Assembly (NCBI GenBank): GCA_949294455.1
Contig: CASFHD010000001.1
Coordinates: 9,556 to 73,555 of the forward strand
DNA from: an uncultured Christensenella sp.
GTDB lineage: Bacteria > Bacillota > Clostridia > Christensenellales > UBA1242
Length of the DNA: 64,000 bases
Reading direction: 5' to 3'
Shown one piece after another: positions 36,362 to 46,489 of this stretch. The translations under genes were made by a program, and so were the position numbers. A model generated the notes under the pieces. It had not been told where the DNA came from. It worked only from the letters and a program-made list of their open reading frames with translations, and searched no databases. Position 1 is the first letter of the stretch. Each line of letters starts with the position of its first letter.

Positions 36362-36578
36362 CCAAATAAGAAATTGAAATTAATGTTAAACCATTTTGAA
36401 ACTAGCGAAAAAACAATAACAACTCTACTATTTAGTAGAGTTTCTTTTATATAAATGAAAAAAACTTAAAAAGAGAAGTTATAATTAAAATTATCTTTTT
36501 ATTTCTATGTACAAATTTATTCATTGTTTTGTGAGAATTTGACATTCCTAAAACTATACATTTGAAAATTTTATGAAT

Positions 36579-37151
36579 TTATTTTCTATATGACACATTT
36601 ACTATATCAATTTTTAGTCCCATTTTTTTAGCTTTTAAAATCGTAGATTTTGTTCCGCCTGCAAAACCATTAAATAAGGCAATAACCTTTGAAGAATTAT
36701 TTAACATATAATCGTTTCTTTCCAACATACAAGTTTTTGAATATTCTTCTGCAATATATCTTATTATGTCAGCTTTATTTAATATTTTTTTATATCTATT
36801 CTTATATTCATCACTCCAAAATTTATCTTGATTTTTACAAGGAATTGCACACACTAATTTAATATGTGGATATTTCTTTTTATACTCTAATACAAGCTCT
36901 GCACAAATCATATCAAAGCCCAATGCCATACCAGATATAAAATAAATGTATCCATCAATTATAGATTGTTCTATTTTTTCTTTTGTTGTATTTATCATTT
37001 CAAGACAACGAATATCTTGTTCATTAAATCGCCAAGGCAATTTTTGGCTTCTGTGACCTGTAAAGCATAATGTAACTTGTTTAAAATCTTTAAATATTTT
37101 TTCACATTTATTTTTAACATCTTTAATTTTATTATTTTCGCTTAAAAGCAT
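36579..37151 (-). CDS. SLOG-superfamily YpsA/DUF1273-like protein
   Basis: Contains CFTGHRSQKL, ISGMALGFDMICAE, KLVCAIPCKNQDKFW and GGTKSTILKAKKMG, the DUF1273 pattern. Confidence 0.6.
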   Translation of the reverse strand: MLLSENNKIKDVKNKCEKIFKDFKQVTLCFTGHRSQKLPWRFNEQDIRCLEMINTTKEKIEQSIIDGYIYFISGMALGFDMICAELVLEYKKKYPHIKLVCAIPCKNQDKFWSDEYKNRYKKILNKADIIRYIAEEYSKTCMLERNDYMLNNSSKVIALFNGFAGGTKSTILKAKKMGLKIDIVNVSYRK

Positions 37152-37293
37152 TTCTATATCTCCTTTTGAGTGTTTTTACATTCATTATAACACATTTTTT
37201 ATAAAAAACTACATGTTTGAATGTTTTTGCAACATAATATTCAAAATAATGAGTGTTAATATATACATACATAAAAACATTTAAGGAGAAAGT

Positions 37294-37536
37294 ATGACTT
37301 TAGCTAATGCAGTTTCAAAAAGAATTAGGACAATTTTATCCGAAAAGAACATGACTCAATATAGATTAGAACAAAATGCAGGAATTTCTCATAGTACCAT
37401 GAATTGCTTTTTAAATGCGAGATACAAAAGTTGCAATTTAACAACCGTAGTTTTAATTATTCGTGCTTTAGGTATGACAATCGCAGAATTTTTTGACGAC
37501 CCAATTTTTGAAATTGAGAATTTAATAGTTGAATAA
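37294..37536 (+). CDS. XRE-family HTH protein
   Basis: 80 aa. IRTILSEKNMTQYRLEQNAGISHSTMNCFL is an HTH_3 motif. RBS is aaggag. Confidence 0.75.
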   Translation: MTLANAVSKRIRTILSEKNMTQYRLEQNAGISHSTMNCFLNARYKSCNLTTVVLIIRALGMTIAEFFDDPIFEIENLIVE

Positions 37537-37762
37537 AGCAATATAAACATCTGGCTAAAGAAATTTAGTTGAAGGTTTTAATAAATATTAGTTATATAAT
37601 TACTAAAAAATAAATATATTTTTAAAAAATTTTTCTCAATACAAGTTTAAAATATTATCATGCGTTCTTTATGGCACATTATCTTGTATAATTATTATGT
37701 TTTGATATATAAAAAGAGCAAACACTTTTTTAATGAGAACTAATTTAGTCTGCTTGTTTCAG

Positions 37763-37856
37763 TTTGAAGTATTCAAAGATGAACTAGCTGTTGACCCAAA
37801 TGACTATTTAGAAACATCATCAAAGTAAAAGATTTAATAAAATATTAAAAAAGAAA
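37763..37856. repeat. 94-nt direct repeat, copy B (orphan 3' gene fragment FEVFKDELAVDPNDYLETSSK*)
   Basis: It has the same reading frame as the M23 C-terminus. All coding differences from copy A are synonymous (CTT/CTA, TCT TCT AAG / TCA TCA AAG). Confidence 0.9.
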
Positions 37857-37918
37857 AAATAAAATAAACAAAAAAATAAATAAAAAAATTGAAATTTGAA
37901 TTTCAATTTTTTTTAACA

Positions 37919-38533
37919 CTAACCTTGATTAGCAGAGTATTCTTCAAGCCATTCTGCAGGTGCGGTATCCCATACACTAGACGCAGCATCATTAGCCTGT
38001 TGTAATGCTTCTACAATTACATTTACGCTAAATGTCTTATTAGCATCGTCATTTGTCAATTCAGTTGGAACTGTTATAGACTCTACAAAGTCTATAGATT
38101 GTCCAGCAGTAAGCACTCCGTTATAATAGTAGTAGCCGTCTGTAGATACATTATCAGTCCAATTAGCATTTGTGCTAGCAGTAACAGTTGTTGATGCTCC
38201 ATCAGTATTAGTGATTGTCAATTTTGCTCTTAGTACCGCATCAGAAGTACTGTCAGGGGCACTCACACCAATTTTTTGAGCATAAACTGTACCAGGCATA
38301 GCATTACCATCAAAAGTTAATGATGATACAGAAGCACCACCTTGTGTAATATTGATATTGATAGGGTCGCCGAGAGTGATTGTACCAGTTGCATTTTGAG
38401 TAGAACTAAAATATGCAATAGTAGCAGCCACTGCAATACTTGCAAGTAACAAAATTGCCAACACTATTATAGCAATAGTCGCAGGTGATAGTCTTCTTTT
38501 TGTTGTAATTGTAACATTATTATTTTTTGCCAT
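37919..38533 (-). CDS. TasA/CalY (camelysin)-like secreted protein with SipW-type signal peptide
   Basis: A TM anchor is followed by ATIAYFSSTQNATGTITLG, the AYF[ST]D/S motif of SipW-dependent signal peptides. The body is Thr/Ser/Ala-rich beta. It is visibly more GC-rich than its neighbours. Start set at ATG 38533 behind AAGGAG. Confidence 0.6.
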   Translation of the reverse strand: MAKNNNVTITTKRRLSPATIAIIVLAILLLASIAVAATIAYFSSTQNATGTITLGDPININITQGGASVSSLTFDGNAMPGTVYAQKIGVSAPDSTSDAVLRAKLTITNTDGASTTVTASTNANWTDNVSTDGYYYYNGVLTAGQSIDFVESITVPTELTNDDANKTFSVNVIVEALQQANDAASSVWDTAPAEWLEEYSANQG

Positions 38534-38943
38534 TTTTCTCTCCTTAGACATACATATTTTGTATTACTTTTTTAAAATTATTCAAAAATTTTTAATAGAC
38601 TTTGAAATGATAAAAAAATGAGATGCGTAAAGGCTTATTTAAATCAACTTACTATTCAATATGCAAAAAGTGTACATTAATCATATTTAAATTTATAGAA
38701 AAATCATATCACTAAAAATAACAAAATAAGTACGCAAAATTAAGTTTCTAAATGAATAAACTATAAAATTATGATTGTCATTTGAATTAATACAAAAATA
38801 ACATATATTCATAAAAAATTTTAAATTAGGTAAAAGATATAAAAAAATATATTAGGTTTTCTTTAGACTAATATATTTTAATATTTTTTTAACATATTTT
38901 ATTTGTTATTTTATTTATAATTATCGTACAAAATATTACACAA

Positions 38944-40755
38944 TTACACTTTTAATGTACCCTTAATCTTATCAGTATATTTAATAACTTTATATTGACC
39001 TTTCAACATATCTGCTAAAGATGTTTCGTAATCGCTATAACCATTTGATTCTGGGAATAATCCGTCAGAATCAGCAGGATAAACTTTATCAAATAACATA
39101 TCAAAATAAGTATAATTTGTTGCTCTATTATATAACATATTATAAAGATTTAATTCACTATTGCTAAAGTCGATAACAACATTATCAATATTGTTAATAG
39201 TGAATTTATTTTCAACTTTTCCTGCATACATAATCAAATGCAAACCATATTCACTAGAAACAAATCCTGATAAATCGCCAATTTTACCTTGTCCGTCATT
39301 GTAAAGATTTCTTGAAGCCTCTGTAAAACTATCTACCATAGAAGAAGTAGCTGTTCCTATAACATACGCACTTGCGCTTGATGTAAGTGTTGCGGTATCC
39401 GTAGAATATTTATACATAAGTTCATTAAATGCTTTAATCTTATCATCATCATCGCCTGCTGTATCAATTTTATTTTTTATTTGAGCCAATAAATTGCTAT
39501 CAACAGATACTGTATTACCGCTATCTAATCCTTCTTCATTTCGGATTGAAGCAATAACACTATTTGAAAGTTTTTCAATTTCTTCATCATACTTTTCTTG
39601 AGAAATAAGTTTATTTTCTAATTTTTTATCTAAATCTTCAACATAAGCCTTTTGTTCATCATTATAACCAAATAAAATGTGATAAACATAGAATAAATCT
39701 TCACTAGTTGTACCCATATTATAATAAACATTGTAAGCTTCTGTTCCACTTTCGGTCATCTTTGAAATATAAGAACTTTCATTGTCATAGTATTTATCAT
39801 AATCCGCTTTATACAATTCCTTAAATTTATCTGTTAATTTATCTACGCTTAAATTTTCATTTCTAATATAAATATTTTGAAGTTTTTCAAAGTATGCAGT
39901 TTCCAACTGACTTTCGTATTGTCTTTCAAACAACCAAGAAATCATATCTTCAGTCTTTGTGCTATACTTATTACCATTTTCATCACGCAAATAATATTGA
40001 TATTGCAATAAGTCTTCGCTTAAAAGTTTCAAAGCCTTGTTGTAAACTTTTCTGTCAGTTTCTGTTGTCAATTTCTTTTCATAATTTGAAAAATATTGTT
40101 CTTTTAACGCTAGCGGAACTGATGCGTTTGTATAATCAGTTAAGAAATTTCTATAAGATTTCAAAACTAATTCATCTTCATTAACAGTTGTAGGAGTTTT
40201 TTCTTCTTCAACAACAATTTTAATACTACCTGTGTTTTCATCTTGAACTATTTTTGCACGCTTTTTATATGGAGAGTAAATATATGCAGTTTCTTCTTCA
40301 TCAGTCGCTTCTTCTTCGTCTGCTTCATCATCTATATTTAAGATTTCTTTAGCCTCAGTAGTATAATTTTCCATCTGTTCGTCCATATAATCAAACAAAT
40401 CGTTCCATACTTCATTTACTTCATATTCATTTAATTTATATTGTGAATCAGAGGTTTCATTTATATCATTTTTAATATATTGCAAAATCAAACTTCTGTC
40501 TATTAATAAATCTAGTGTGCTTGACAAAGCTTCTTCACTAGTGTTACCCAATTGAGAAACATAATAAGAATAACCATAACTATTATACGCAGAAAGCAAA
40601 TCAAATCTGGTAATTTTTTCATTACCAACAGTTGCCACTACATCACTATAATATTTAACCATATCAACAGGGAAATAAGCGCACCCTGACAACAAAATCA
40701 TACTAAACATTACAACACAAATTGCAAGTAGTGATAGTTTTTTACAAATTTTCAT
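38944..40755 (-). CDS. PrsA/SurA-like lipoprotein foldase (parvulin-type PPIase C-terminal region)
   Basis: Lipobox LLSGC. The body is long and helical, and a SEYGLHLIMYAG parvulin-like motif lies near the C-terminus. Confidence 0.65.
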   Translation of the reverse strand: MKICKKLSLLAICVVMFSMILLSGCAYFPVDMVKYYSDVVATVGNEKITRFDLLSAYNSYGYSYYVSQLGNTSEEALSSTLDLLIDRSLILQYIKNDINETSDSQYKLNEYEVNEVWNDLFDYMDEQMENYTTEAKEILNIDDEADEEEATDEEETAYIYSPYKKRAKIVQDENTGSIKIVVEEEKTPTTVNEDELVLKSYRNFLTDYTNASVPLALKEQYFSNYEKKLTTETDRKVYNKALKLLSEDLLQYQYYLRDENGNKYSTKTEDMISWLFERQYESQLETAYFEKLQNIYIRNENLSVDKLTDKFKELYKADYDKYYDNESSYISKMTESGTEAYNVYYNMGTTSEDLFYVYHILFGYNDEQKAYVEDLDKKLENKLISQEKYDEEIEKLSNSVIASIRNEEGLDSGNTVSVDSNLLAQIKNKIDTAGDDDDKIKAFNELMYKYSTDTATLTSSASAYVIGTATSSMVDSFTEASRNLYNDGQGKIGDLSGFVSSEYGLHLIMYAGKVENKFTINNIDNVVIDFSNSELNLYNMLYNRATNYTYFDMLFDKVYPADSDGLFPESNGYSDYETSLADMLKGQYKVIKYTDKIKGTLKV

Positions 40756-40829
40756 TAAGTTGAGCCTCCTAAATATGCAAAGAAATATATTAGATTATAT
40801 ATTAAATTAAAATAAAAATCAACCATTTG

Positions 40830-43800
40830 TTAAATCATAGATTCAAAATAATCAATAAACAGACTACAAGCCTTATCAATATCTCCTGCATAATTTAATA
40901 AAATTATTGTCAAATTTGAACTATTTTTAACTGCCAAATTAGAAAAACTTTTTAAGTTCTCTAAAATTTTTAATTTATTAGCATCTTCATAAAAGCATAT
41001 TTCTGCTTTATTTTTTTGTATAGTTATTAATTTGGCATCAACTCTTTTTGCAAGATTAGCAAGCAATCCTAAATTACACAATCTTACAATATCATCTTGA
41101 AGTTTTCCATAAGTCAATTCTATGTCATTTAAAAGTTTTGACATTTCTGTTTTGTCATCAAGTTTAGAAATTTTTGCATATATTGAAACTCTTTCAGCCT
41201 CTGAACCAATATAATTTTCTGAAATACTATAAGATTTTTCCACATCTATTTTTACAGGTCTGAAATTTACAACTTTTTCGCCTTTTAAATTAGACACTGC
41301 TTCTTCTATCAATTTTAAATACATATCATAACCAATTTTTACAATATGCCCGTGTTGATTTTTGCCTAAAATTTCGCCAGCACCTCTTATTTGTAAATCT
41401 CTCATTGCTAACTTAAACCCGCTACCTAGTTCAGTATTTTCTACAATTGCTTCTAGTCTTTCATTCGCTTCTTCAGTTAATACCATATTTTTAGGGTAAG
41501 TAAAATATGCAAATGCCTTTACACTGCTTCTGCCTACCCTTCCCCTTAATTGATACATTTGCGCAAGTCCAAGTTTATGACTATCTAACACAATAATAGT
41601 ATTAGCATTAGGTATGTCTATACCATTTTCTATAATGGTCGTCGATATAAATACATCTGTGGTTTTGTCATATAAACGCTTAACTGCATCTTCAAGTAAA
41701 TTTTTATTCATTTGACCGTGTGCTACATCAAATGTGTAATTTGTATCTGAAAATTCGTTTGCCAATTTAGATTTGAAATTGTATATTTCATCAATGTTAT
41801 TGTAAACTATAAAAACTTGTCCACCTCTATTTAATTCAAATCTAATAGCATCACAAACAAGTTTTAAATCAAACTCAACTGCGTAAGTTTTTACACTATT
41901 TCTGAGTTTTGGTGGAGTATTTATAACACTAATATCACGCAAAGACAATAATGCCATATTTAAAGTTCTTGGAATTGGTGTTGCAGACAACATTAAAACT
42001 GCTACATTATTTTTCAATTCTTTTATTTTTTCTTTTGCTTTCACACCAAATCTTTGCTCTTCATCTAAAACTAATAGCCCCAAATCAAAGAATTTAACAT
42101 CTTCGCTTAACAATCTGTGCGTACCTACTAAAACATTTACTTTGCCATTTTTTAAATCTTGCAAAATACTAGTTTGTTTTGATTTTGAAACAAATCTGTT
42201 TAGCATTTCAACACTTACACCAAAATCTTTAAATCTTTCAATTAAACTATTATAATGTTGTAATGACAAAACAGTTGTTGGACATAAAAACGCTACTTGT
42301 TTTCCACTAATCACTGCTTTAAATATTGCACGCATAGCGACTTCTGTTTTGCCAAATCCCACATCGCCACATACAAGCCTATCCATAACTTTACCTGAAA
42401 TCATATCATTTTTTATATCAGATATTGCTTTTAACTGGTCCTCTGTTTCTTCATAAGGAAAAGCATTTTCAAATTCGGTAAATAAATAATCATCTTCTGC
42501 AAATTTAAATCCTTTAATGCTATTTCTTTTTGCCTGCAACTGCAATAATTCTTTAGAAATATCTTCAATTGATTTTTTTGCTTGAGAAATAGAATTAGCA
42601 AACTCTTTTCCACCCAATTTATTAAGTTTTGGATTTTCTTCATCTGAAATGTATTGTGATAAATCACTTGTATCAAAAGTTGGAACATATAAACAATCCC
42701 CACCTCTGTACAAAATCTTATAATAATCCTTTGATACATTTGAGGTCTTAATGCTCACAATTCCTTCACATTTGCCTATGCCATGAACAGAATGAACGAC
42801 ATAATCTCCAGCCTTAGGAAGAAAAGTCACACTGTTTGATTTTGATTTTTTTGCAACTTTTTTATAAGCAAAATTTGTGTATCCTATATAAAACTCATCA
42901 CTACTATCAAAACAAATATTATAAGGAATACATTGTGTTGATAAGTTGAGTCCTGGTTTATATTCTCCTAGTGAAAAAGGTGTCCCTGTACTTTTAAAAA
43001 TTTCACTAATTGAATTTAATGTTTCTTCATCTTTTAAACAAATTATTATTTTTTTCTTTTTCTGAATATATGGGTTTAATTCAATTTTTAATAAATCTAA
43101 ATTGTATAAAAAATTATTAAAAGTTACTACATCATAATTAATTTTTTTATAATTTCTATGTGAAAAATCAATAATATTTTCGAAAAAAACAGTATTTTTT
43201 AATTTTTTTTCATTATTTTTTATATTTTCTAATAAATTTTTAAAAATATTTTTACTTTCTTCAAAATTAAATAATGAATGAATTTTAAGTTTTAATTCGC
43301 ATATCATATTATTTATTTCTCTAAATATATTTAACGAATTATAAACAAATAATTTTCTTCCATTAATTAGTTCATCAAATAAAGATGAAAATTTACCGTT
43401 AGAAAAAGGCAAAATAAATTCTAAAGGCAATTCACTATTCGTTTTTAAATTATTAACAATCCCCTGCAAAATTTCTTCAAAAAATTTGTTGTTGTGATTA
43501 GAAATTTTTTCAATTATTAATTTATTTTCTTCTTCATCTAACAAACACAATTTATTAAAAATAATTTTTACATTTTGTAAATCATTTATTTTAAATTTTG
43601 TAGTTATATCATAAGAATATATACTCTCTATTTCATCGTCAAAAAAATTAATCTTGATTGGGTTGTTTGAATTTGTTACAAAAATATCTAATCGGTCTCC
43701 AAAAAGACTAAATTCACCCATATTTTCAACTGTTTCAACCCTCGTATAGTTAAGTGCTATTAATTCTTTAATTAAACTTTCTAAATTGTAAGAACTACCA

Positions 43801-44162
43801 ACAGATAATTGAATTATATTTGAGTTTACATTTTCTTGATTAGGTACAAAATAACAAAAAACATCTTTTGAGCAAACTATTGCGTCAAAACTATCTAAAT
43901 TTGAAAGTAGATTAATAATCTTTAAATTAAAATCTTTATTTTTAAATTTTGCCGATTCAAAAAGTCCATCAAAAAAATTGATTAAACAAACATTTAATCC
44001 AAAACTTTTCAACATCTCGTACATTTGATTTGCTTCATTGTCATCTGGTGTAATATAAAGCGATTTTTCGAAATCTTTTATTAAATATGCTTTTTCTCCA
44101 CAAGTTACAACATTGCAAACAACATTTGTGTTTATTTCTAATAATTTATTTTCAATCTTCAT
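40830..44162 (-). CDS. mfd: transcription-repair coupling factor
   Basis: 1110 aa with CGDVGFGKTEVA (Walker A), LVLDEEQRFG, a helicase C-terminal domain and a TRCF domain. It overlaps pth by 11 nt. Confidence 0.95.
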   Translation of the reverse strand: MKIENKLLEINTNVVCNVVTCGEKAYLIKDFEKSLYITPDDNEANQMYEMLKSFGLNVCLINFFDGLFESAKFKNKDFNLKIINLLSNLDSFDAIVCSKDVFCYFVPNQENVNSNIIQLSVGSSYNLESLIKELIALNYTRVETVENMGEFSLFGDRLDIFVTNSNNPIKINFFDDEIESIYSYDITTKFKINDLQNVKIIFNKLCLLDEEENKLIIEKISNHNNKFFEEILQGIVNNLKTNSELPLEFILPFSNGKFSSLFDELINGRKLFVYNSLNIFREINNMICELKLKIHSLFNFEESKNIFKNLLENIKNNEKKLKNTVFFENIIDFSHRNYKKINYDVVTFNNFLYNLDLLKIELNPYIQKKKKIIICLKDEETLNSISEIFKSTGTPFSLGEYKPGLNLSTQCIPYNICFDSSDEFYIGYTNFAYKKVAKKSKSNSVTFLPKAGDYVVHSVHGIGKCEGIVSIKTSNVSKDYYKILYRGGDCLYVPTFDTSDLSQYISDEENPKLNKLGGKEFANSISQAKKSIEDISKELLQLQAKRNSIKGFKFAEDDYLFTEFENAFPYEETEDQLKAISDIKNDMISGKVMDRLVCGDVGFGKTEVAMRAIFKAVISGKQVAFLCPTTVLSLQHYNSLIERFKDFGVSVEMLNRFVSKSKQTSILQDLKNGKVNVLVGTHRLLSEDVKFFDLGLLVLDEEQRFGVKAKEKIKELKNNVAVLMLSATPIPRTLNMALLSLRDISVINTPPKLRNSVKTYAVEFDLKLVCDAIRFELNRGGQVFIVYNNIDEIYNFKSKLANEFSDTNYTFDVAHGQMNKNLLEDAVKRLYDKTTDVFISTTIIENGIDIPNANTIIVLDSHKLGLAQMYQLRGRVGRSSVKAFAYFTYPKNMVLTEEANERLEAIVENTELGSGFKLAMRDLQIRGAGEILGKNQHGHIVKIGYDMYLKLIEEAVSNLKGEKVVNFRPVKIDVEKSYSISENYIGSEAERVSIYAKISKLDDKTEMSKLLNDIELTYGKLQDDIVRLCNLGLLANLAKRVDAKLITIQKNKAEICFYEDANKLKILENLKSFSNLAVKNSSNLTIILLNYAGDIDKACSLFIDYFESMI

Positions 44163-44667
44163 CTTTATTCAAAATCTCTACTAACATATCAACTGCTTCA
44201 TCTATTACAGGATTTAATATTTCCAAACTTTTCATATCAATGTTTGACAACACATAATCAGCAAGCGGCATATTGTCCGGTTTAGAAATACCTATTCGAA
44301 GTCTTGGAGTTTGTCCCACTTTTGAAACTATATCTCTTAAACCATTATGGGTGCCAGCACTTCCCAACTCTCTAAATCTTAATTTACCTTTTGGCAAATC
44401 TATATCATCTAAAACTATAATAATATCTTTTATAGGCACATTGAAATATTTTTTTAATTCAATTACACTATCTCCAGATAAATTCATATATGTTTTTGGT
44501 TTTGCTAGCACAAAATTGTCGCCTTTTGCAATCTCTGCTTTACATTTCGTCTTATTAAAATTAACATTTAATTTTTTTGCAAGCCTATCAACTACCATAA
44601 AACCTATATTGTGATAAGTTTTTTTATAAATTCCATCAGGATTTCCAAGCCCTACTATTACCTTCAT
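44152..44667 (-). CDS. pth: peptidyl-tRNA hydrolase
   Basis: Contains MKVIVGLGNPDGIYKKTYHNIGF... and GTHNGLRD. Confidence 0.95.
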   Translation of the reverse strand: MKVIVGLGNPDGIYKKTYHNIGFMVVDRLAKKLNVNFNKTKCKAEIAKGDNFVLAKPKTYMNLSGDSVIELKKYFNVPIKDIIIVLDDIDLPKGKLRFRELGSAGTHNGLRDIVSKVGQTPRLRIGISKPDNMPLADYVLSNIDMKSLEILNPVIDEAVDMLVEILNKDED

Positions 44668-44751
44668 AATAATCTCCGATAATATTTTATCACATTTAAA
44701 ACAAAAAATAAACCCCTAGTAATCAGATTTTTTTGACTACTAAGGGTTGAT

Positions 44752-45408
44752 TTAGTTTTCTAGGTAAGGATTTTTAAAATTTTCAGTATTTTTTTGTTTT
44801 GCTCTTGCTATTGCTAACTGATTAGCTTCTACATCAAAAGTTATTGTGCTTCCCGCCGCTATGAATGCATTATCTGAAATGCTTAATGGTGCAACTAAAT
44901 TTGAATTTGAACCTATGAAAACATTTTCGCCTACAATAGTATTATTTTTTTGTTTTCCGTCATAATTGCAGAAAACAACACCACAACCTATATTGCAATT
45001 TATTCCAATTTCAGCATCTCCTACATAGGATAAATGCGCTATCTTACAATTTTTTGCAATAATAGATTTTTTTATTTCTACAAAATTTCCAATTCTGCAA
45101 TTATCACCAATATTTGAATTGTCTCTAATTTGTGCAAATGGCCCTATGTTACAATTATCGCCAACTACACTATCTTTAATGACTGATGAATGAACTTTTG
45201 TGCCACTTCCTATGCTAGAATTTTCCAATATTGAATTTTCGTGTATTTCTGCACTGCCTGCTATTTTGCAATTACCTATTAACTTACAACCTGAAAATAA
45301 TTTTGCTCCATTTTCTATTTCTACAAATTTATCAATAAAAATATTCATAGAAAGAAGTTGATCATCCTTCCCTTTTTCATAAATAATAAATTGTTCCAAA
45401 TCTACCAC
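44752..45408 (-). CDS. left-handed beta-helix acetyltransferase corresponding to the C-terminal domain of GlmU only
   Basis: Hexapeptide repeats run throughout, and the C-terminus ...IARAKQKNTE resembles the GlmU end. It sits in the conserved glmU position upstream of pth-mfd. It has no nucleotidyltransferase domain, a GTG start and no clear SD. Confidence 0.6.
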   Translation of the reverse strand: MVDLEQFIIYEKGKDDQLLSMNIFIDKFVEIENGAKLFSGCKLIGNCKIAGSAEIHENSILENSSIGSGTKVHSSVIKDSVVGDNCNIGPFAQIRDNSNIGDNCRIGNFVEIKKSIIAKNCKIAHLSYVGDAEIGINCNIGCGVVFCNYDGKQKNNTIVGENVFIGSNSNLVAPLSISDNAFIAAGSTITFDVEANQLAIARAKQKNTENFKNPYLEN

Positions 45409-45553
45409 CTAAATAAAGGCATAAAACCTCATAAACAAATATATAAGATATTTTTGAAAATATGACTACATTTTCAAAATTCGACAATATTAGTGAAATT
45501 AATAAATCGTAAAATAATTTTGAATTTTATTAATATTGTTATATAATAAAATT

Positions 45554-46489
45554 ATGTATGAAGATAACAAAAGTTTAACTAGCATAATATATTCAATTGT
45601 TGCACTAATATTAAGTTTTGTTCTAACGGTTTTAATAGGTGCTTTTTTAACACTGTTTGTTGAAATTATAATGTCAAATTTAGGTTATACTGCAGAAAAA
45701 ATTGAACAAATTTTAAATAGCACAATTTTAAGTAGTGTGATTAATGCACTATCTTTATTGGGGTTTTTATTTACTTATATTATAATTTCAAAAATTACTA
45801 AATTAAATACTGAAAAACAAACTAAAAAATTCAGTTTTCACAATTCATTAATAGTTGTGACAATATCAATTATTTCATTTATTTTATTGTTTGGAATAAA
45901 TGCAAATTTTCAAATAATGTTGAACCATTTTGGTTATGAATCATCATCTTTTAATATCTCTAACTATTCTGAATTTTTAGTTGGAATTATAACGATGTGT
46001 ATTTTCCCCGCCGTCTTGGAAGAATTAATTTTTAGGGGAGTTGTTTTCAAAATCCTTCGTCAAAAAGGAGTTGTGTTTGCAACAGTTTTATCAAGTTTGA
46101 TTTTTGCAATTTATCACTTCAACCTATCGCAACTATTATTCCCTATATTTATGGGTATGATTCTATGTTTAATATATGAAAAAACAAATGATTTAAGATA
46201 TTCTATGATTTTCCATTTTACGAACAATTTTATATCATTATGTTTTACTTTCTTTTTAAAAAATTTCACAATTGATTTTTCAATAGTTTTTTTAGTGTTA
46301 TCTATATTCTCGTTTATTGCCTTAATTGGTATTATTTGTTTGGTCTTGAAAAAGTTTTCAACTGCTGATACTTCAAAAAATAAAATTAAAAGTTCCAAAC
46401 ATATAGTTTATATTGATGAATTAGGATTTTATTTGGCATTTATAGCATTAATTGTGATTTATATAATAAGTATATCTTATGGATTTTAA
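45554..46489 (+). CDS. CPBP (CAAX/Abi) family intramembrane metalloprotease
   Basis: Motifs AVLEELIFRG, FAIYHF and HFTNNF. Confidence 0.75.
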   Translation: MYEDNKSLTSIIYSIVALILSFVLTVLIGAFLTLFVEIIMSNLGYTAEKIEQILNSTILSSVINALSLLGFLFTYIIISKITKLNTEKQTKKFSFHNSLIVVTISIISFILLFGINANFQIMLNHFGYESSSFNISNYSEFLVGIITMCIFPAVLEELIFRGVVFKILRQKGVVFATVLSSLIFAIYHFNLSQLLFPIFMGMILCLIYEKTNDLRYSMIFHFTNNFISLCFTFFLKNFTIDFSIVFLVLSIFSFIALIGIICLVLKKFSTADTSKNKIKSSKHIVYIDELGFYLAFIALIVIYIISISYGF

